A stretch of DNA of 63,955 bases, filler included, from Perkinsus olseni (Eukaryota), in NCBI GenBank assembly GCA_013115125.1. It is 3 parts of 3 records of this genome, joined end to end, with 100 filler letters (N's around TTAATTAATTAA, not from the genome) between each part and the next. Parts side by side here need not be neighbours in the genome. Positions count along the whole stretch, not along the records: positions 22,970 to 45,829 come from JABANN010000529.1; 2 more parts are not named here. One strand, written 5' to 3'. The notes under the pieces are model-generated. The model worked only from the letters and a program-made list of their open reading frames with translations. It did not search any database and was not told the origin of the DNA. Each line of letters opens with the position of its first letter. Positions within the stretch are counted from its first letter, which is position 1. This document shows, piece by piece, positions 23,068-37,400 of the stretch. The position numbers and the translations under genes were made by a program.

Positions 23068-23782
23068 TTGGTGGTGAAAACCTCCCACATGAAGTAATCG
23101 ATTTCACCCTTGGCCATCGATTCTACGGCTCCGTCAAGGGAGTTCACAACCTAATGGAATCGCGTTTCCCGCGTGCAGCACGATGGGTTAGAGCGGACCT
23201 TGAATCTGAGGTCTCCTTCAGCGTTGTCGTTATCGACCTGAGCCATGATGTGCGAACCGCTCCCCATTCGCGAGATTCCAAAAATATTGCTATCGGAGTC
23301 CGCTGGGCGGCTAGCCAATGCGTGAACACCCCAAACGAGAGGAGATGCTACATAGGTACCTGAGGATAGTCACTCACAACTGTCACTTGAACAAGTCCAG
23401 GGGAGTTGAGGTGCTACCGAGAATTTCGACTCTTTCCTTGGCGTCTTCACCGGAGTTCTTGATAATATGGGCGACAGCCGACTCGGTCAGCACGCATGCG
23501 CAGTCTACCTCCTTTGAGATCACGGCATTCAGCATCGCCCCGCTGCCACCAGGGTACGTTCTCCAGGCAAGCTGCGACAGGGAAGCCACCTCGCAGTCAT
23601 CCGATATCAGTCGATGCCTCACCTGCGGACCCTCCGCAGCCGGGTCTTCCTTAGCTTGGCGTTTCAGAAGGCGTTGGAATGGCGCATTAAAATGTTCTGG
23701 GACTCCACCGAAGCGAACAAGGTTGTCCTGAGACTCGACGAGTAGATAACGGAGCGAAGGAGTATCACACCTTGAAGGTCAT
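23068..23782 (-). CDS. Ca3427-like / NMT1-THI5-type periplasmic-binding-fold (PBP2) protein, 3' part lost in the gap
   Basis: Spliced: VRFGGVPEHFNAP...YPGGSGAM...VLTE...GTYVASPLVWGV...GISRMGSGSHIMA...LDGAVESMAKGEIDYFMWEVFTTK. Confidence 0.8.
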
Positions 23783-23905
23783 GATGAGGATTAGACGCTG
23801 AGAAATCAACCTAACCCCGCCCAAATCCATTCAATTAGCATTAAACGTCACCAACACAACACTGGCCCCTCACACGGAAACTGAATCGTCATGGCGTCGT
23901 AGATT

Positions 23906-24400
23906 CTAGAAGATCCATCGCGCCATATTCCTGAAGAGAGGCGTAGGGAAGATGTGTCCGCCACAGGAGGTGATACCTCACTGAATGGCCACACTCGTAC
24001 GTGACCGGTCCCTTCACTTTGTTGCCGAGCGGCTTGTTGTTGCTGATGGCTATGAAGGCGTTCTACTCGCACAACCACCAAAGCACTGAAGCTGTCCACA
24101 ACGACGTCGAGTTACCTCATCGAACTTTATGGTGGATCCGTCCTTGCGTTTGATTGGTTGCTTCGTTCTCACAATGATCCCTCGAGGAAGCTTCTCTCCC
24201 CGATACTCTCGGCTCTGAGAATCGACAACTGCTTGTGGTACTATAATCACATCATGGTTGACCTTATCTCGAACTGCCATCCGGAAAGCATAGCCTACTC
24301 GACCACGCGAGTGATGCCACTTGGGCATCCCAATTATAACAGCTTTGAAGATGCCGCAGTTGTCAGCGCACTTCACCACAGATTGTTGCCAAAGTCCCAT
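23906..24400 (-). CDS. Ribosomal protein uL14, mitochondrial type
   Basis: VKCADNCG...RGIIVRTKQPIKRKDGSTIKFDE|NAFIAISNNKPLGNKVKGPV. Confidence 0.85.
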
Positions 24401-24916
24401 CCAGAAAGGGAGAACTCTTCAAACCCAGATTAAGAAGTCGGGACGCAGCGGCGCTTAGCGGCTGTAACCGAGTGGACGCCTCGCCTGGACGATTGGACGC
24501 ACGAAGAGCAAATGAGCACAACAAGCAAATATGGGTAGTAATGTTGAGACTAATGGTCCGCAACAGCAATGGAGATAATTGTCACTATAGTACATTCGTA
24601 CTCGGGGCAGTTAGAAAACGGGTTTTACCTGCGACATCGTCTGGGCTAAAGCCCTCTGAAGTTGAACGTAGGTCGTGAAGCGACGCCCGGATAAATCATG
24701 CAACGCTACCGAAGCACCGCGACAGAGCCACCTTTTTAACGGACAGCGAATTAATACAGCTACTACATAATGGCGCGCAGCAACCTGAGACGAAACCGCC
24801 GAGCGTTCGATTGAGAACTCAAGAAGAAAGGTTAGCAATGAAACTCCGTTGAAACAGGGTGAATAGATGGTAAACGTTCATAACAACATAGCTTATCTTT
24901 CATACGTTGGACCAAA

Positions 24917-27900
24917 TCAGTCCGCTGGAGGCCAAATTCGCTCGATAGCTTTGTGGGCCGACTTCTTGTACCAGGACTCGCACTCGATCCGCAGCACGTC
25001 GGGGCTGTCGAGCCACACTTCCTCTAGCTGGCGACGAGACCCACAACGACTTCGCCGCAAGGATTCCACCTGAGAAGGAATAATCATGGCTGCAACGAAG
25101 ATGGGAACTCTCCGGCGGCGCGTACCATCGGCAACAGCCTCGCGTGTTCAAGTGTTGGTTCCGAGGATAATGACGAGCGATATTTCATGAGTTTGGGAAA
25201 TACTTTACCTGAGTGGAGAAGATCGCCGCGCGAACGGGTAAGGGAGCATCCTACCTTGAAGAATAGCGCAAGCAAAGACCTTCAAGCCGAAGGGGTCGAG
25301 AGCCGACAGCTCAATGCCAACAGTAGGGAGAGGCATCTCCAAAGGAATGTACATTGGAGTGAAGTGGGCCGTTACTCGGTCGTTTGAAGGCGAATAGAAG
25401 GGCGGCTGAGGCATCACACGAAGCTTTATAGCGCAATTCCTGGCAGTCGTGAACTACCGGCATCTTCAATGGCGAGCCACGCTTGATAAGCTCTGGGCAC
25501 TCGAGTCTAGCTAGGAACTCCGTGTCGACAGCCACGCCTGGGACAACAACGGCATCCTACGCCTTAAAGCGCCCATGGAGCCTACAAGTCCTTGCCACGT
25601 TCTTCCCTCGGGAATCGCTGGCCTTGACAATTTCAGTATAAGCAAACTCGCTAGGGCGTCTTCGATAATAGAGTGACTCGCGATGAATGTAGACAACCAT
25701 ATGGTTGCGGGTGAGGTAAGAGCGGGAGTCCAGCGTAGACTTGCATCTGCCAAGGAGGAAGTTATAATTCTCAAATCATATGATGGGCATATGAGTTCTG
25801 TGCTCTACATCGCTGCCTACGCGATATGATCGATGAGTCCCCGCGTGACGCACTCGTGTACAAGGGCTAACTGCTTGGCAGTTGGTGGTCTCGGCCGACA
25901 CAAAGATACTCTCTCTGCATCGTTCAGGCCTCTGAACCGCAACCGACACAATAACTAATCTCCACAGCACACACATGTCGGTACAAATAATGATCCATCT
26001 GGGCCAAGAGCTGCCGTGTCAAGCTGACGGCCTCGCTCAGCGCCTTCGATCGCAGCCTGTGCCGAACACCTGAAGGGAACATATCCAACTACAACGGACT
26101 ACAATTAGAATACAGAAAACGTCCTGGTCTGCCGGCTTGGTCCACATGTATCCGCCCACCGACCACAACAGTGCTTCAATATCTGAGTTGCACTTGCTCC
26201 ACCCTGGAAGTTTGACCTGCAGCTTCGATGACGACAGACTTGCGTTCTCGCTACGTATACCTTATCTTCATCCTTTTCTTGTGGAGGCGGTATGAAGAGG
26301 TCACCAACAGTGAGAGCTGCTACAACACATACTACCATTACCTATGGTAATGGTAACGATGATGACGAGGATGGGACCGCTCATTGCACTTACAAGAACA
26401 TCCCTCCACTCGACGTCGTTGCCCTCCCGTAGTCGGCCGGCATGGATCAGCATACAGCCGTGCCGAGGCGCAACAGGGAAGTTGGAACTGCGAAACAAGA
26501 CGACTCCAAAGTCTCTGCATGCCGACTGAGCGCTTACATAGCCTCGCCTGTCTTCGTGATAGCGACCTCATCATTACTAATACCGATACGCCGGACCGCA
26601 CCCAACTCCGACAGTGATGTGACAGCATGCAACACCGCTGCCGCGGGCGGGGCTGTCGGCCACGGGAAGTGTCGGAAACGTGGTATGCCTGCCAAGGCGA
26701 ATGAAGGCCTCCTGACGACACCAGAAGACTCACCCATCTTGGCCATCATCAATACAGTATCGTCTAAGGGCTGACCACTGGCAATCTCCGGTACTGGGAA
26801 GTCCGGCATCGTATCACCGTACACAGCTCCTGAATACCTGAGAAGCTCAAAAGGAGGTTTTACTCAAGCATATACAGGCGACAGGTCTTACAGTCTATAG
26901 CAGTGACCAGGGCCAACACGACCCGCTCGACCGGCACGCTGATCCGCCGAGCTTGAGGCGCAGAAACCCACCTGAAGGGGGCCCGTTCTGCGTAGACATG
27001 TACAGCACTACACATACCTTAAATACTGACACCCCGTCATTACGGTATACCCGCTTCTTCTCTCGACCAGTATCAACAACCTATTAGGACCACATCCCTC
27101 GCTGTTGGGGAGAACCAGCGCTCACGTATCGGATGTTAGGCAAAGTGAGAGCGGTCTCCGCAACATTGGTCGCTATGATGACGTGCCGCTCGTTCTCAGC
27201 CGGAGTTCTCTGAGGCAGAGTCAGTTCTCGATATCGGGGCTCTCTGCAAACCTACGAACGCTTCAGCCTGCTTGGTCGTTGACATCTGCGCATAGAGTGG
27301 TATCGGCACCAGACGGCCAGATCCGAATGCAGCACCCGTGAAAGCAGCCGAGCCACCTTTGTGACCGCCACTACCGGTACCGGATGCCTTCTTGCAACCT
27401 ACGAGCGCCTTGCCAGAGGGACTCTGATCCACCAAATTTACCTTTCTCCAGTATGATCTGTTCGACCTGCTCTGACTCTGATAACTTGAATGATGCAGGA
27501 GTGAGACTATCCTCAGTGCGTGCGTTTTCTACAGGCGTTTCCGGTGAGGATGAAACATCTGAAAGCGACGACGCTCGCGATCCTGCTATACGCAATTCAT
27601 TTTGCGGCACCCCTATTTTCGTATCGATGGAAGAACACAGGATGGAGCTCACCTGTGGCAGGGACTTCCTTTTCATCATCGTCAGACTCCTCATCCTCCT
27701 GGTCACTGTCGATATACTGATTGTGCTCTTCCTTCGTACGCCGCGGCTTTGCTCCCAAGGCCTCGCACATCTCATAGATCTCAGACTTGCCGGTGGCAAA
27801 CACCTGAAATCCAACGCAGGCTCAGTCCCGATGGAATGCACTTTGTCATACCAAGATAGATCCCCTAGGCAACTTGGCATGTATCAGCCTAACTTTACGA

Positions 27901-30657
27901 ACAGCTGCCTTCACGTATTCTTGTTCGGTTCTCCTCTCAAAGTGTACCGTCACCGGATGTGTACGAGCATCTATCTGGACCTACATACCAGCGCGCATCT
28001 CCAACCTCTACTCAGTGAAGCCTTCCGACCCTACTACCACTGGTGGCGGTCTTGGGAACAACTCAGCGTTCTGTGTGAAGTCAGTAAGGCGCAGGGTTGC
28101 ACTCATAATGACCAGCCGTAATGGAGGCATGTTTCTCTCCATACGCATAGCTAACGACAGATGCTGGTTTCGTGGCAGCGCGCATTGGTAGTGGCATCAC
28201 TTATTGCCCGGCTTATCATCCCAAGAAGGATATCACAATTGATGGACCTCTCGTGGGCTTCATCGATAATAATCACACAGTATTTAGTGAGAAGGAAATC
28301 TGATTGAATCTGAAAAATGCGAACCTATGCAATTGACTAGTCATCCCCGCTATTATTCGCTTATTATTATGAGCTGGTACGACGACCAGACAAGGAGCCG
28401 CGAATTCCAAAGCTCAATGAGAGTCATACGCGAGTGGCCAGTATGGTTTTTTGCCAAGGAAGGCATTCGTCCGCATGTCGACGCTCGAGCTTACCTCCCG
28501 CATGAGGATACCATCAGTCATGACCTTCAACTGCATCTTATCCGGCGACATAGACTTATCGTATCGAACTTGGTATCTACAATTACAACGATCAAAGTGG
28601 TACACATCCTCAAGATCCTACCCAACCGTTCCATCTTGGTCCGGTCCAAGCTCCTCAGCAATTCGTCGTGCAACAGAAGTCGCTGCCACCTGACAAGCCC
28701 CCCCCCCACAAATTACCCACCCCAACGACGCAAAGGTGGTTACCCTTCTCGGCTGAGTCATGCCTATCAGCTTGCCATAGTACTGGGTCACGCCAGTTTC
28801 GTAAATGAACTGAGGCACCTGTGTACCTGCACACTTTCAAAATCTTCAACAACAGCGCCACTGCTAGCCTACTTTTGCCGCATCCCGTATCCCCGCATAC
28901 TATACTAACACCCTGCGGTGCGTTCATCACGCAATCGACTATCTCAGTCTCCATCATGACCTGTTCAGCTCAATTGTCACAATACTGGGAGTGACATTCG
29001 AAGGAGCTCACCGCTGGAAGATGAGCGCGCTGCTTCTCAATCTCGAGCGGTCGATGCACCTGCAGTACGACCGAGTTCAAGGCGAATTCCGGCATCTTTT
29101 CCGTACGTGTATCCTCGGGAAAGTGGGACCGGAAGGTTTCTTGGACTTGGCCGGAGCGAGAGCTTCTCTCAGTCTGCCTGGTGCGGACGGCTAAACACAA
29201 GTCAGTCTCCGTGTATTGATGACTGGATAGACGCGTGAGGCTGATCCTTAATTCAGATGAGGTTTGTTATGGAAGCCCACACCAAGCCTGCTAAACCTAT
29301 ACACCTCTCAGGTAGCACTCCTTAGTCGCCAACGCACTAACTCAGCGCGCTAGCTAGGAGTTCCTCCTTACCATTACGACGACCACCATAAACGCTCTCT
29401 AGATCCCCCTCGCCGAGGTCTCCGAAATCACAGGGAACGCTGTATGCACTATACTAGACCACGTCATTCTATCATACAGTACCCCGGAGACTGCAAGTCA
29501 TCATGAGCGCACCCTATACCGCGATAAACCATTCACTACGAATGTACCCACCAAGGTCCCTTCCGTGTCAACACCCGCGATGGTCTTCTTCGAGGCACCT
29601 CGAACCTCCTTCGGCCTACGAGGTCTCTCCACATCCCCATCACTGAGCTCTGCCAATTCAGCAAGCTTTTGCTTTTTCTTTTGAAGTTTCGCCAATCCCA
29701 CACCTAGTAAGCATAATACACCATTGGCAAGCACATTGTCTTGTGCTACTCTCCTCCCGACGCTTCTTCCGTACTCCGGCGTCCGCAACGGCGTGCATCT
29801 TAGCTTTTTCAGCGGCCGACAGTTGATGTGTTTTAAGTTCATCGAGGACTGCCAGTCTACATGAAGATCGCGTAAAACCCCAGAGATCGGGAAAATGCTG
29901 TGTAAACTCCAAACTCATGCGTAACCCCGAAGGACCAATTTTCGCAGGTAGGTAGGTCAACATCGAGCGAGGTGATGATATACTAAAGCGGACTACCCCA
30001 AAAGACCATCATAAATTCGGCTCACCTTTTGGCCTCCCTTGCAGCTCTTTCCTGCAGCTCCATGAGCTTCTTCCGTTTCCGTTTACCTAGTTCCACCACG
30101 TGTTGCCCTCTACACCGCTCAGGTCAGTGCTATGTACTCTTATCGCAGCTTAATTGCACACCGCGCGCAAGCTCAGATACTATTGCTCCATTGCAGCGAT
30201 CCCGTGCGCGTGCGAAAGGACTCTCTCGTCAAGACTGGTAATAAACGAAGCGGTCGGCGATTCAGTTGAAAGGTAGCTTCGAACCAACGACGGAGCTCGC
30301 AAGAATTCCGCGGGTTCTCCGCATTGCGAGAGTCAAGCACAAAAAAACCCTAGAGGCAGTACGGTTCGAACCGTGGACCTTCGCCGGGTAAAACACGGCT
30401 AGTGACGAGCAGATAATTCAACCGCAAAAAACCCGCGGGAAGCACAGTTGACCTCTACTTCACACAACACTCCCTTTATTACTCATCTTCTCCTTAGGAG
30501 CCGCAGCTTCTTTATTCGCCTTCTTTTTAGCACTTTTATGCGCCTCCATGATCAGAGTGTTGGATCCCCCCGAGTCCACGATATCAGCATCGAGGCCGAG
30601 CAGGGATGGATCGAATAGTGATGGAGCTTCCTCCTCCGCTTGCCCTGTTGAGGTCAT
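24917..30657 (-). CDS. DHX37: DEAH-box RNA helicase DHX37/Dhr1 (multi-exon)
   Basis: [70 protein letters not shown]. It has a K-rich N-terminus and a C-terminal ...IWPP. Confidence 0.88.
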
Positions 30658-31097
30658 GAGGCAAAACCCACTAGCAGTCACATGACAAGCCACAGAAGAT
30701 CAGCCGAGCTTCGAACCAAACGAAGTGCGGAGTATTTGTATAAGGGTGAAGTACAAAATGCAAGGGAAAGGTACAAAATCCAAGGAAGCGCGTGCGACAG
30801 AGAGGCAAAAGCAACAGAAAAAAACCTGAATTGCGGGTGAAGGCAGGAACGGGAAACCAGAAACCCCTCCCGATCCCGAAACTGTTACCCAGGGCAACCA
30901 GAAACCCGAACTGTTGCCCAGGTAAAGCAGAGCCCTGAAAACGCTTCCTTGGATTTTGTACTTCTCCCTTGGATTTTGGGAATTACCCATTTGTATCATC
31001 GTGTGACATGCGGACGAAATTCTGACAAACATGCGTCTATCTTTAGCGGAGCGATGCGAGTGCTCATCTTAACGCATGCGTGCAGTCCATAATCGCG

Positions 31098-33602
31098 ATG
31101 CGAGGGCGTGTGATCGGACAAGCTACATTAGCTGCTGCAGCCAGCGCTGGTGCCATCTACTACCTTGACGAGAACTATTGTTACTGTGTTGGTCGACGAA
31201 GTAAGACGCTTCCCTAAGACACCGCTAGCCTTCGAAAGTTTCCCTTCTTTTAGCGTTTCGAGCTGCAAAGTGTGGTGCATTCATATGGTGGCAGTACAAG
31301 AGAGTGTGGAATGCCGATAATGCTTCGGAAGTACACAGACGAGTGGCCGAGGAGATTGTTGCTACCTGCAAGAGGAACGAAGGCTTGTAGGGCAATGCAG
31401 CTTAGTCAAAAGAGTCATTGATGAGATTTATGCCGAGGACGCATCTCGGTTGTATCGCTTGGTTCGTGTATCCCTTCGATTATCAGCGTTGTGAATAATG
31501 CTGCTCTTACCGCGTCCATTGTTCGAGAATGTTTCTTGGACGGTCCACGCGATGTAAGCGTGCATCAGGTACGTGAAGATAGGCCAGGTCCTATGCTCAA
31601 TGGAAGTGGCCCTACCGAAGGAGATGCACAAACCATTTGAGGAACTACATGACAGAGCATTAGAGATGGAAGAAAGTACTGACACTACCAACTGTCACAG
31701 TTGAACTGTACATTGCTCTCACTCAATGCTTGTTAGGTGAAGTTCTCCGCCTACTGCGAGAATCCGGGGTTGATGAAGTCATTCAAGACTTCGAGCTGGA
31801 GCCTGTTGCCAGTGCCTCAATAGCTCAGGTAATCAATCCGCTTCTGGCTTGTCGACTTGAGCATAGCTCTTAACCTTCCATATTTTTATTGACGCGCAAA
31901 GTTGAAACGTGTAGCGGGCAGCGATGAACTTCAACTCCGAACATTTCAGTTCGAATCTGCTGGGACGAGCGTAATCTTGTTGGTTTTAACATCTGCAGTG
32001 GTGATGTTCACCGTATTCTGAAATGTACTAGTACGCCAACCTAGTGAATAATCATTCAGTCGTTTTTCATTCGGACTGTGATCAACTGACCAAGCTATGT
32101 TGCGTGTTGTAGATTTGTTCGTATCCGACCTCGAAATTTGCGCAGTCTTATCCGTTTCCTCGTTGCAACTTCGGGCTATCGTGGATGCATCTTCCCTCAG
32201 GTCCACAAAGCGCGACTCAAGGCTTCGCCGCACACCAGTGTAGCAGTGAAGCTCCGCAAACCTAGCGTGACCTTCCAAGTTGCCTGGGATCTGAGAGCCT
32301 ATTGGCTCATCCTATGGGCTTTAGAGAGGTCCTTTGATATTCCCATGCTGTGGACTTACGGGTTTACTAGGGAACAATTCCGGCAGGAGATGGATCTTCG
32401 CAATGAAGCTGCCAATTCGAATCGCGCGAAGGCAGAATTCGAGCAGTCTGATTTGAAAGAGTTTGTCTATGTTCCGGACGTGTTCTGGGCCAGTGAAGAA
32501 GTGATAGTAGCTGAATGGATCGACGAGGCAGTGAAAGTGACGGACGCGGCGATCCTTGGAGTTGACCTGGGCCAGACTGTTAGGCATTGCACGGAGATGT
32601 TTGCTCATCAGATCTTCAATACTGGTCATGTAATAGAGGTTGAGTGGGCAATTCGATAGAGGAGCAGCACTCAGGTCCATTGTGATCCCCATCCGGGAAA
32701 TTTGCTCGTCAGGCGTCACCCGAGTAAAGGGAGAGGATTACTGCAAAGCTATCAGCCTCACCAGATTGTAAGGGCGGGGCACTGCGTATGTTCGAGATTA
32801 ACAACGCATCTTGTAACCTGAGCGTGCCGCGTGCATTCGTTCTGACAGGGAATGAATAGCTGTATTTGAGAGAATCTCACTGTACGGCGTACAGTGTACG
32901 CTACGATTTTCCCGCATCATCATAGGTGAAGCGTTCATCGGTTTCAGCAATGTCTAGCTACAGAGCCCCCAGGAGAGCTCTCGGGCTGCCCTCTCTCTTG
33001 CTTCTTAGCGAGTTACGATCGTGCACTTACTGAGATGTCTGCTGCTCAACCCGAGCATCGTGTTCTCATAGTTGTCGTAATGGGTTCCCCAGGTTCTCAT
33101 CGATCATGGTCTCTACACGAATTTCCCAGAGGAACTCAGGGAGGAGTACACGCAATTTTGGTGCGCCATAGCGCGTGGCGACCGACCGAGATTGAAATCG
33201 ATATGCGAGTCATGGGGCGTGAAGGATTTCGGCATGCTAGCCTCAGTGATGATGATGAGCCGTCTGAGGAACCTGAAGGGATGGCAGGATCCTAAGAGCG
33301 CGGAACAACTAAGGGAGGCCGAATGGTCAAAGCTTAGCCGGTTCGAGAAAGAACAACGCATTAAAGAGAAGTGGCAGAAGCTGATTGAAGATACGAAATC
33401 GTTCCCGCGGGAGCTTTTCTTCGTATCGCGCTGTGTAAATTACATTAGAGCCACCAACTACCGGCATGGGTCCCCGGTTGACAGAGTGGCCGTAATGATG
33501 GAGTATGCGTTGAGGAATGATAAGGAAGCAAGTTACTTGAAGTTTCCGTGGTACTATGCCGTACTGTCTGCGGGTCGGTGGGCATTCAGATGGCTCATTT
33601 GA
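31098..33602 (+). CDS. ABC1/UbiB atypical kinase (ADCK1/5-like)
   Basis: GLYVKIGQ, PVASASIAQVHKA, VAVK, EMDLRNEAAN, VHCDPHPGNLLV and LIDHGL across exons. Confidence 0.92.
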
Positions 33603-33835
33603 CTTCACAATTTGACTGCAGAGTTTTTCAACCAACTGGAATTAATAGAGATCAGCTCTCATGAGATTCTCCTTCGACTGGGAGGACGATCGTGAAAACA
33701 TTTTTAGTGCTTGTTTCTGATTTAGTGGTATTGACTTCATACGGTGCATTAATGGTGGGGCTGTGACTGTCAGAAGGGAAGTCCTTGCGCCAGGAAATTG
33801 GGTGTTTTAGACTTGGGCCCATTGTAATTTCCAAG

Positions 33836-36800
33836 ATGCCCGTTGAGAATGGTGAATCCCCTCATGATGGAGGGACCATGGTTACTAATAAGCGTGCAAG
33901 TAATGAGACCACCGCCCTATTTATTGATAAGGCGAGTGGTAAGCTGGGGAGTGTTACTACTAACGAGGGTAGGCTGATGAGCACCGCTCCCCACCAAGGA
34001 GATACTACTGTAATGTAGGTTGTTCTTCTCGTCCAGTTGGCAGGGCAATAGTCAGATTGGCAGATGACCCCAGCCTTAAGACGATCAACTTGGAAGCCGT
34101 ATGTGTGGTTTCGCAGTGCAGGGCTATGGTATGGGTCTCTTCTGCAGGCTCTTCCTCCGGCCGTATCAGTCAGCAGCACTACAGTCTCTACCACTGTTGC
34201 CTCATCATCCAGCACTACGATCAGTGATAACTGCAAGGTGGAAATATGTGTATCCCATCCGGAGATTCTACCCAGTCTTTTGCTCAGTTGTTCGTCGGAG
34301 CTCTTCCTTACTTCATGACTGAGCAAGAACTCTACCCACTATTTGCCAAATTCGGCACTATCAAGGAGCTATCGGTAAGACCGCTAGGCGTTCGCCCTCT
34401 CCTAGCGAGTCTACTGCAGGTTCAACGTGATAAGGTGGGCCGTTCAAGAGGCTGTGCGTGGCTCCGCTACTCGAGTGTTACTGAGTGTGAGGCCTGTATT
34501 AGAGGACTCCATAACCATTACTGGCTGGGCTCAATGAAGAGGCCATTGCAGGTAATTAGAAGCCATTCCGAAATGTCGTTCCTGAATACCACTAATCAGG
34601 TTCAGTTCGCTACATCCCCTCATCACTCCACCATACCTATGCACTCTGAGGGCCAACAACAGCAACAGTATCACCATCCTGATGGGAAAGATGACGACTT
34701 GGGAATACCTGCCAAGAAAAGGGTTAGATACTCGAACTCCGCGACCAGACGAAGAGTTATGCCACGGTTCAGGTATTCGTAGGCGGTCTACCGAAGGATG
34801 TCGATGAGCATGACTTGCTGTCCATGATACGGTAGTATCAGCGGCTTCCGCGCTATAGAGGAATTGCTCGGTTGTGGGCAGGCCCGTACAAGGAGACGTC
34901 GTATGTGATGTGAAAGTAGTCAGGAAGAACGGCAATTCTGATGGAGCAGCTTTCGTCGAGTTCATCACTCCCGAACAAGCTGTAATATACCTCACACGCT
35001 TCGCCCTGTTCGGTTATTCGTCTCACATGGCAGCAAGATTTCATGAAGATGTATGGCAGCGGTCACCAGGCAACTCTCCGTGGACGGCCTATCGTGCTAC
35101 GTCTGGATTGGCCGAAACCGCAAGGTGGCTATGCACTCATTATCGCTCTCCCATCTATCGTACACTCAGTTCCGCCTCCTCACCCAACCTTCAAGCCTCG
35201 AGCGACTGCTGAGCAGGACGGTACGGTCTCGAAGGAGAATCCGGGGTCTCAATCTATTGATGCCATTGCAGCGACAACAGGCAGCAGCACCACTAAGGGA
35301 AGCATCTCAAGTGAGTCACATGGTGGCACTCCCTAGTCGACTTATCCCCTATCTCGAGCGCTCAGGCCCTATTGCCTCGACTACGGCGTCACAGTCGCCC
35401 AGGAAGGAGGAGGGCTCATTGGCCTCTCTCAGCGCTGCTGTTGCGGCAGCTACTGTGGCAGCGATGGAAAGTTCGGGCAGCATGAGCGAAGCGGTGGGAC
35501 GATCCACTTTGCCAACTTCACCAGTCACTCGAAAATAATTTCTCTACGAAATTCCCGGCCCTCGATTTTACTTGTTTTTCATGAGCCAAATGGCCCCTCG
35601 TGCAGCTCGCAAGCCACCATTGTGCTTTCCCAGTTCACATAATTGATATGGAAATTGAACAGCAATCTATCCCAGGCGGATGCCAAAGAATTACTTCGTT
35701 TGTCGAGCGTGATTGCTGATAATTGATTCGATGACCTTTTGTGCAGAACCTTGCCTCGATAATTGCAGCTGCAACGGCAGCTGCCACGGCCACTGCAAAG
35801 CAACGTGCGGCTGCAGCCGAGAGTACTACTAATACAACCGTGGATGATACTGGGGTGAGGCACAGCCCCTTTCCGTACAGCAGGGGCCAGTTGCCCTCTT
35901 TCAGGTTACTCATCGTCAACCTAAGATATCGACGATGGCCGCAGCTGCAGCGGCTGCGGCATTTCGGCTGGACTCTGGCCGGCGTGGTCGTGTGGAGAAG
36001 AGTTCGGAGGTTCTTCGGCTCTGCCCCCAACACGTGATCGCATTATGGTATCACAGGTTGCTGAAGCAGCTGCTGCTTCCGGCAAGTCCGGCCAGCCAAC
36101 TCGGCACTACCGCATGGAAGCTGGCCTCGATGCATTCAGCTCCACGTGTGCGAAGAGCGATCCACAGCCGGAGAGTGAAGATGGTACCGTGTATTAGACA
36201 CAGCATTATGGACTCTCTTGCTTTTCCTGCCAGGCCCGTCACGTACCCTCTTCATATCCGGTTTGCCCATCAGCTTTGCCCTGCAGGATGTCGTCGAGAT
36301 GTTCAAGCTATTCGGACCAATGCGGGACGTAGGCGCAACATCGTATGTTTAAATCAATGTCTCTGTCATGGTTAGGTGCAACTAGTAGCTTTCCCGCCGG
36401 GGTGTGCCGTGGTGACCTTCGACTCAGAGCAAGATGCCGAACGTGCTCGCGTGACCTGCGACAACTTCACCTTCGAACGTAGATTCTCTTAGGTTTCGCT
36501 CTCGCTGTTCAGCACTGCCCTTCGCAGATACTAGCCGAAGCCTTTCTGTGCGGCCCATGACTGATAGCCCGCCGGATCCTTATGAGATGCTCAACAGGGG
36601 TTACTCAGGAAGGCACTATACACAGCTGAATGTAAGCCTTGTGAGGTGCTGTGCAATGAGTGTGGACTGGTTCCACTCAAGGACCCCGCGGCTATGGCCG
36701 GTGGCAGAAGGATGAGAGCGTACCCGGAAGGAGCTGATCTTTTCGTGCTCAGGGTAGACCCGGGGGCATCCCTCATCGCTGTTCGCAGCTCAAATTGTTC

Positions 36801-37400
36801 AGATCCCCGCCACCACTGTAGACGCCGAAATTGCCAAAGTCTTCTCAGAATTTGGTCAGGTCAACTCCGTCCGCACCATACCCTCACGAAAGTAGCGCAT
36901 GACAAGCCGAGTTTCGGGGCGCGTGACGATTTTGCCTTGTTCAGGTTGGGGATCGTTTCCTTCAGCACTGTTGAGGAGGCTATAAATGCCATGACTATCG
37001 TAAACATGCGAGTGTTTACTGGTGACCATCGGGTAAGTTCGCTGTTCTGCCTTTTTCTTCGTGGGCCATCGTCTTACATTCAAGGTTCCCCTCACCTGGC
37101 TCGCTGCTGGCGTGCAGTGCGAAGTAGAGAACTCGAGTCATGATGAGTAGGTGGATGTCAGCGATGGAACCTACGCTTATGAGCGCCTCGCCGTTACTCA
37201 GATCCGACACTTCCGAGGGCCCTTTCCGAGGTGATGCTCCTTTGTCCAACTACCAAACCCCGCTCGGTCGCACTTCATCTTTGGACCAACAACAGCCGTT
37301 CCCTTCGTCGCAGGCCAGCAATTCCGACGAGAATTCTGCCCCTTACTGGACAGCCGCTGGTGGTGCTCCTGCAATCCACCACGACGCCTATAGTAGTTAG
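33836..37400 (+). CDS. Multi-RRM RNA-binding protein (four RRMs; first is CELF/Bruno-like); start approximate
   Basis: QLFVGALP..SRGCAWLRY..MKRPLQVQFA; VFVGGLPKDV..GAAFVEF; TLFISGLP..CAVVTFD; PEGADLFV..GIVSF. Confidence 0.8.
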
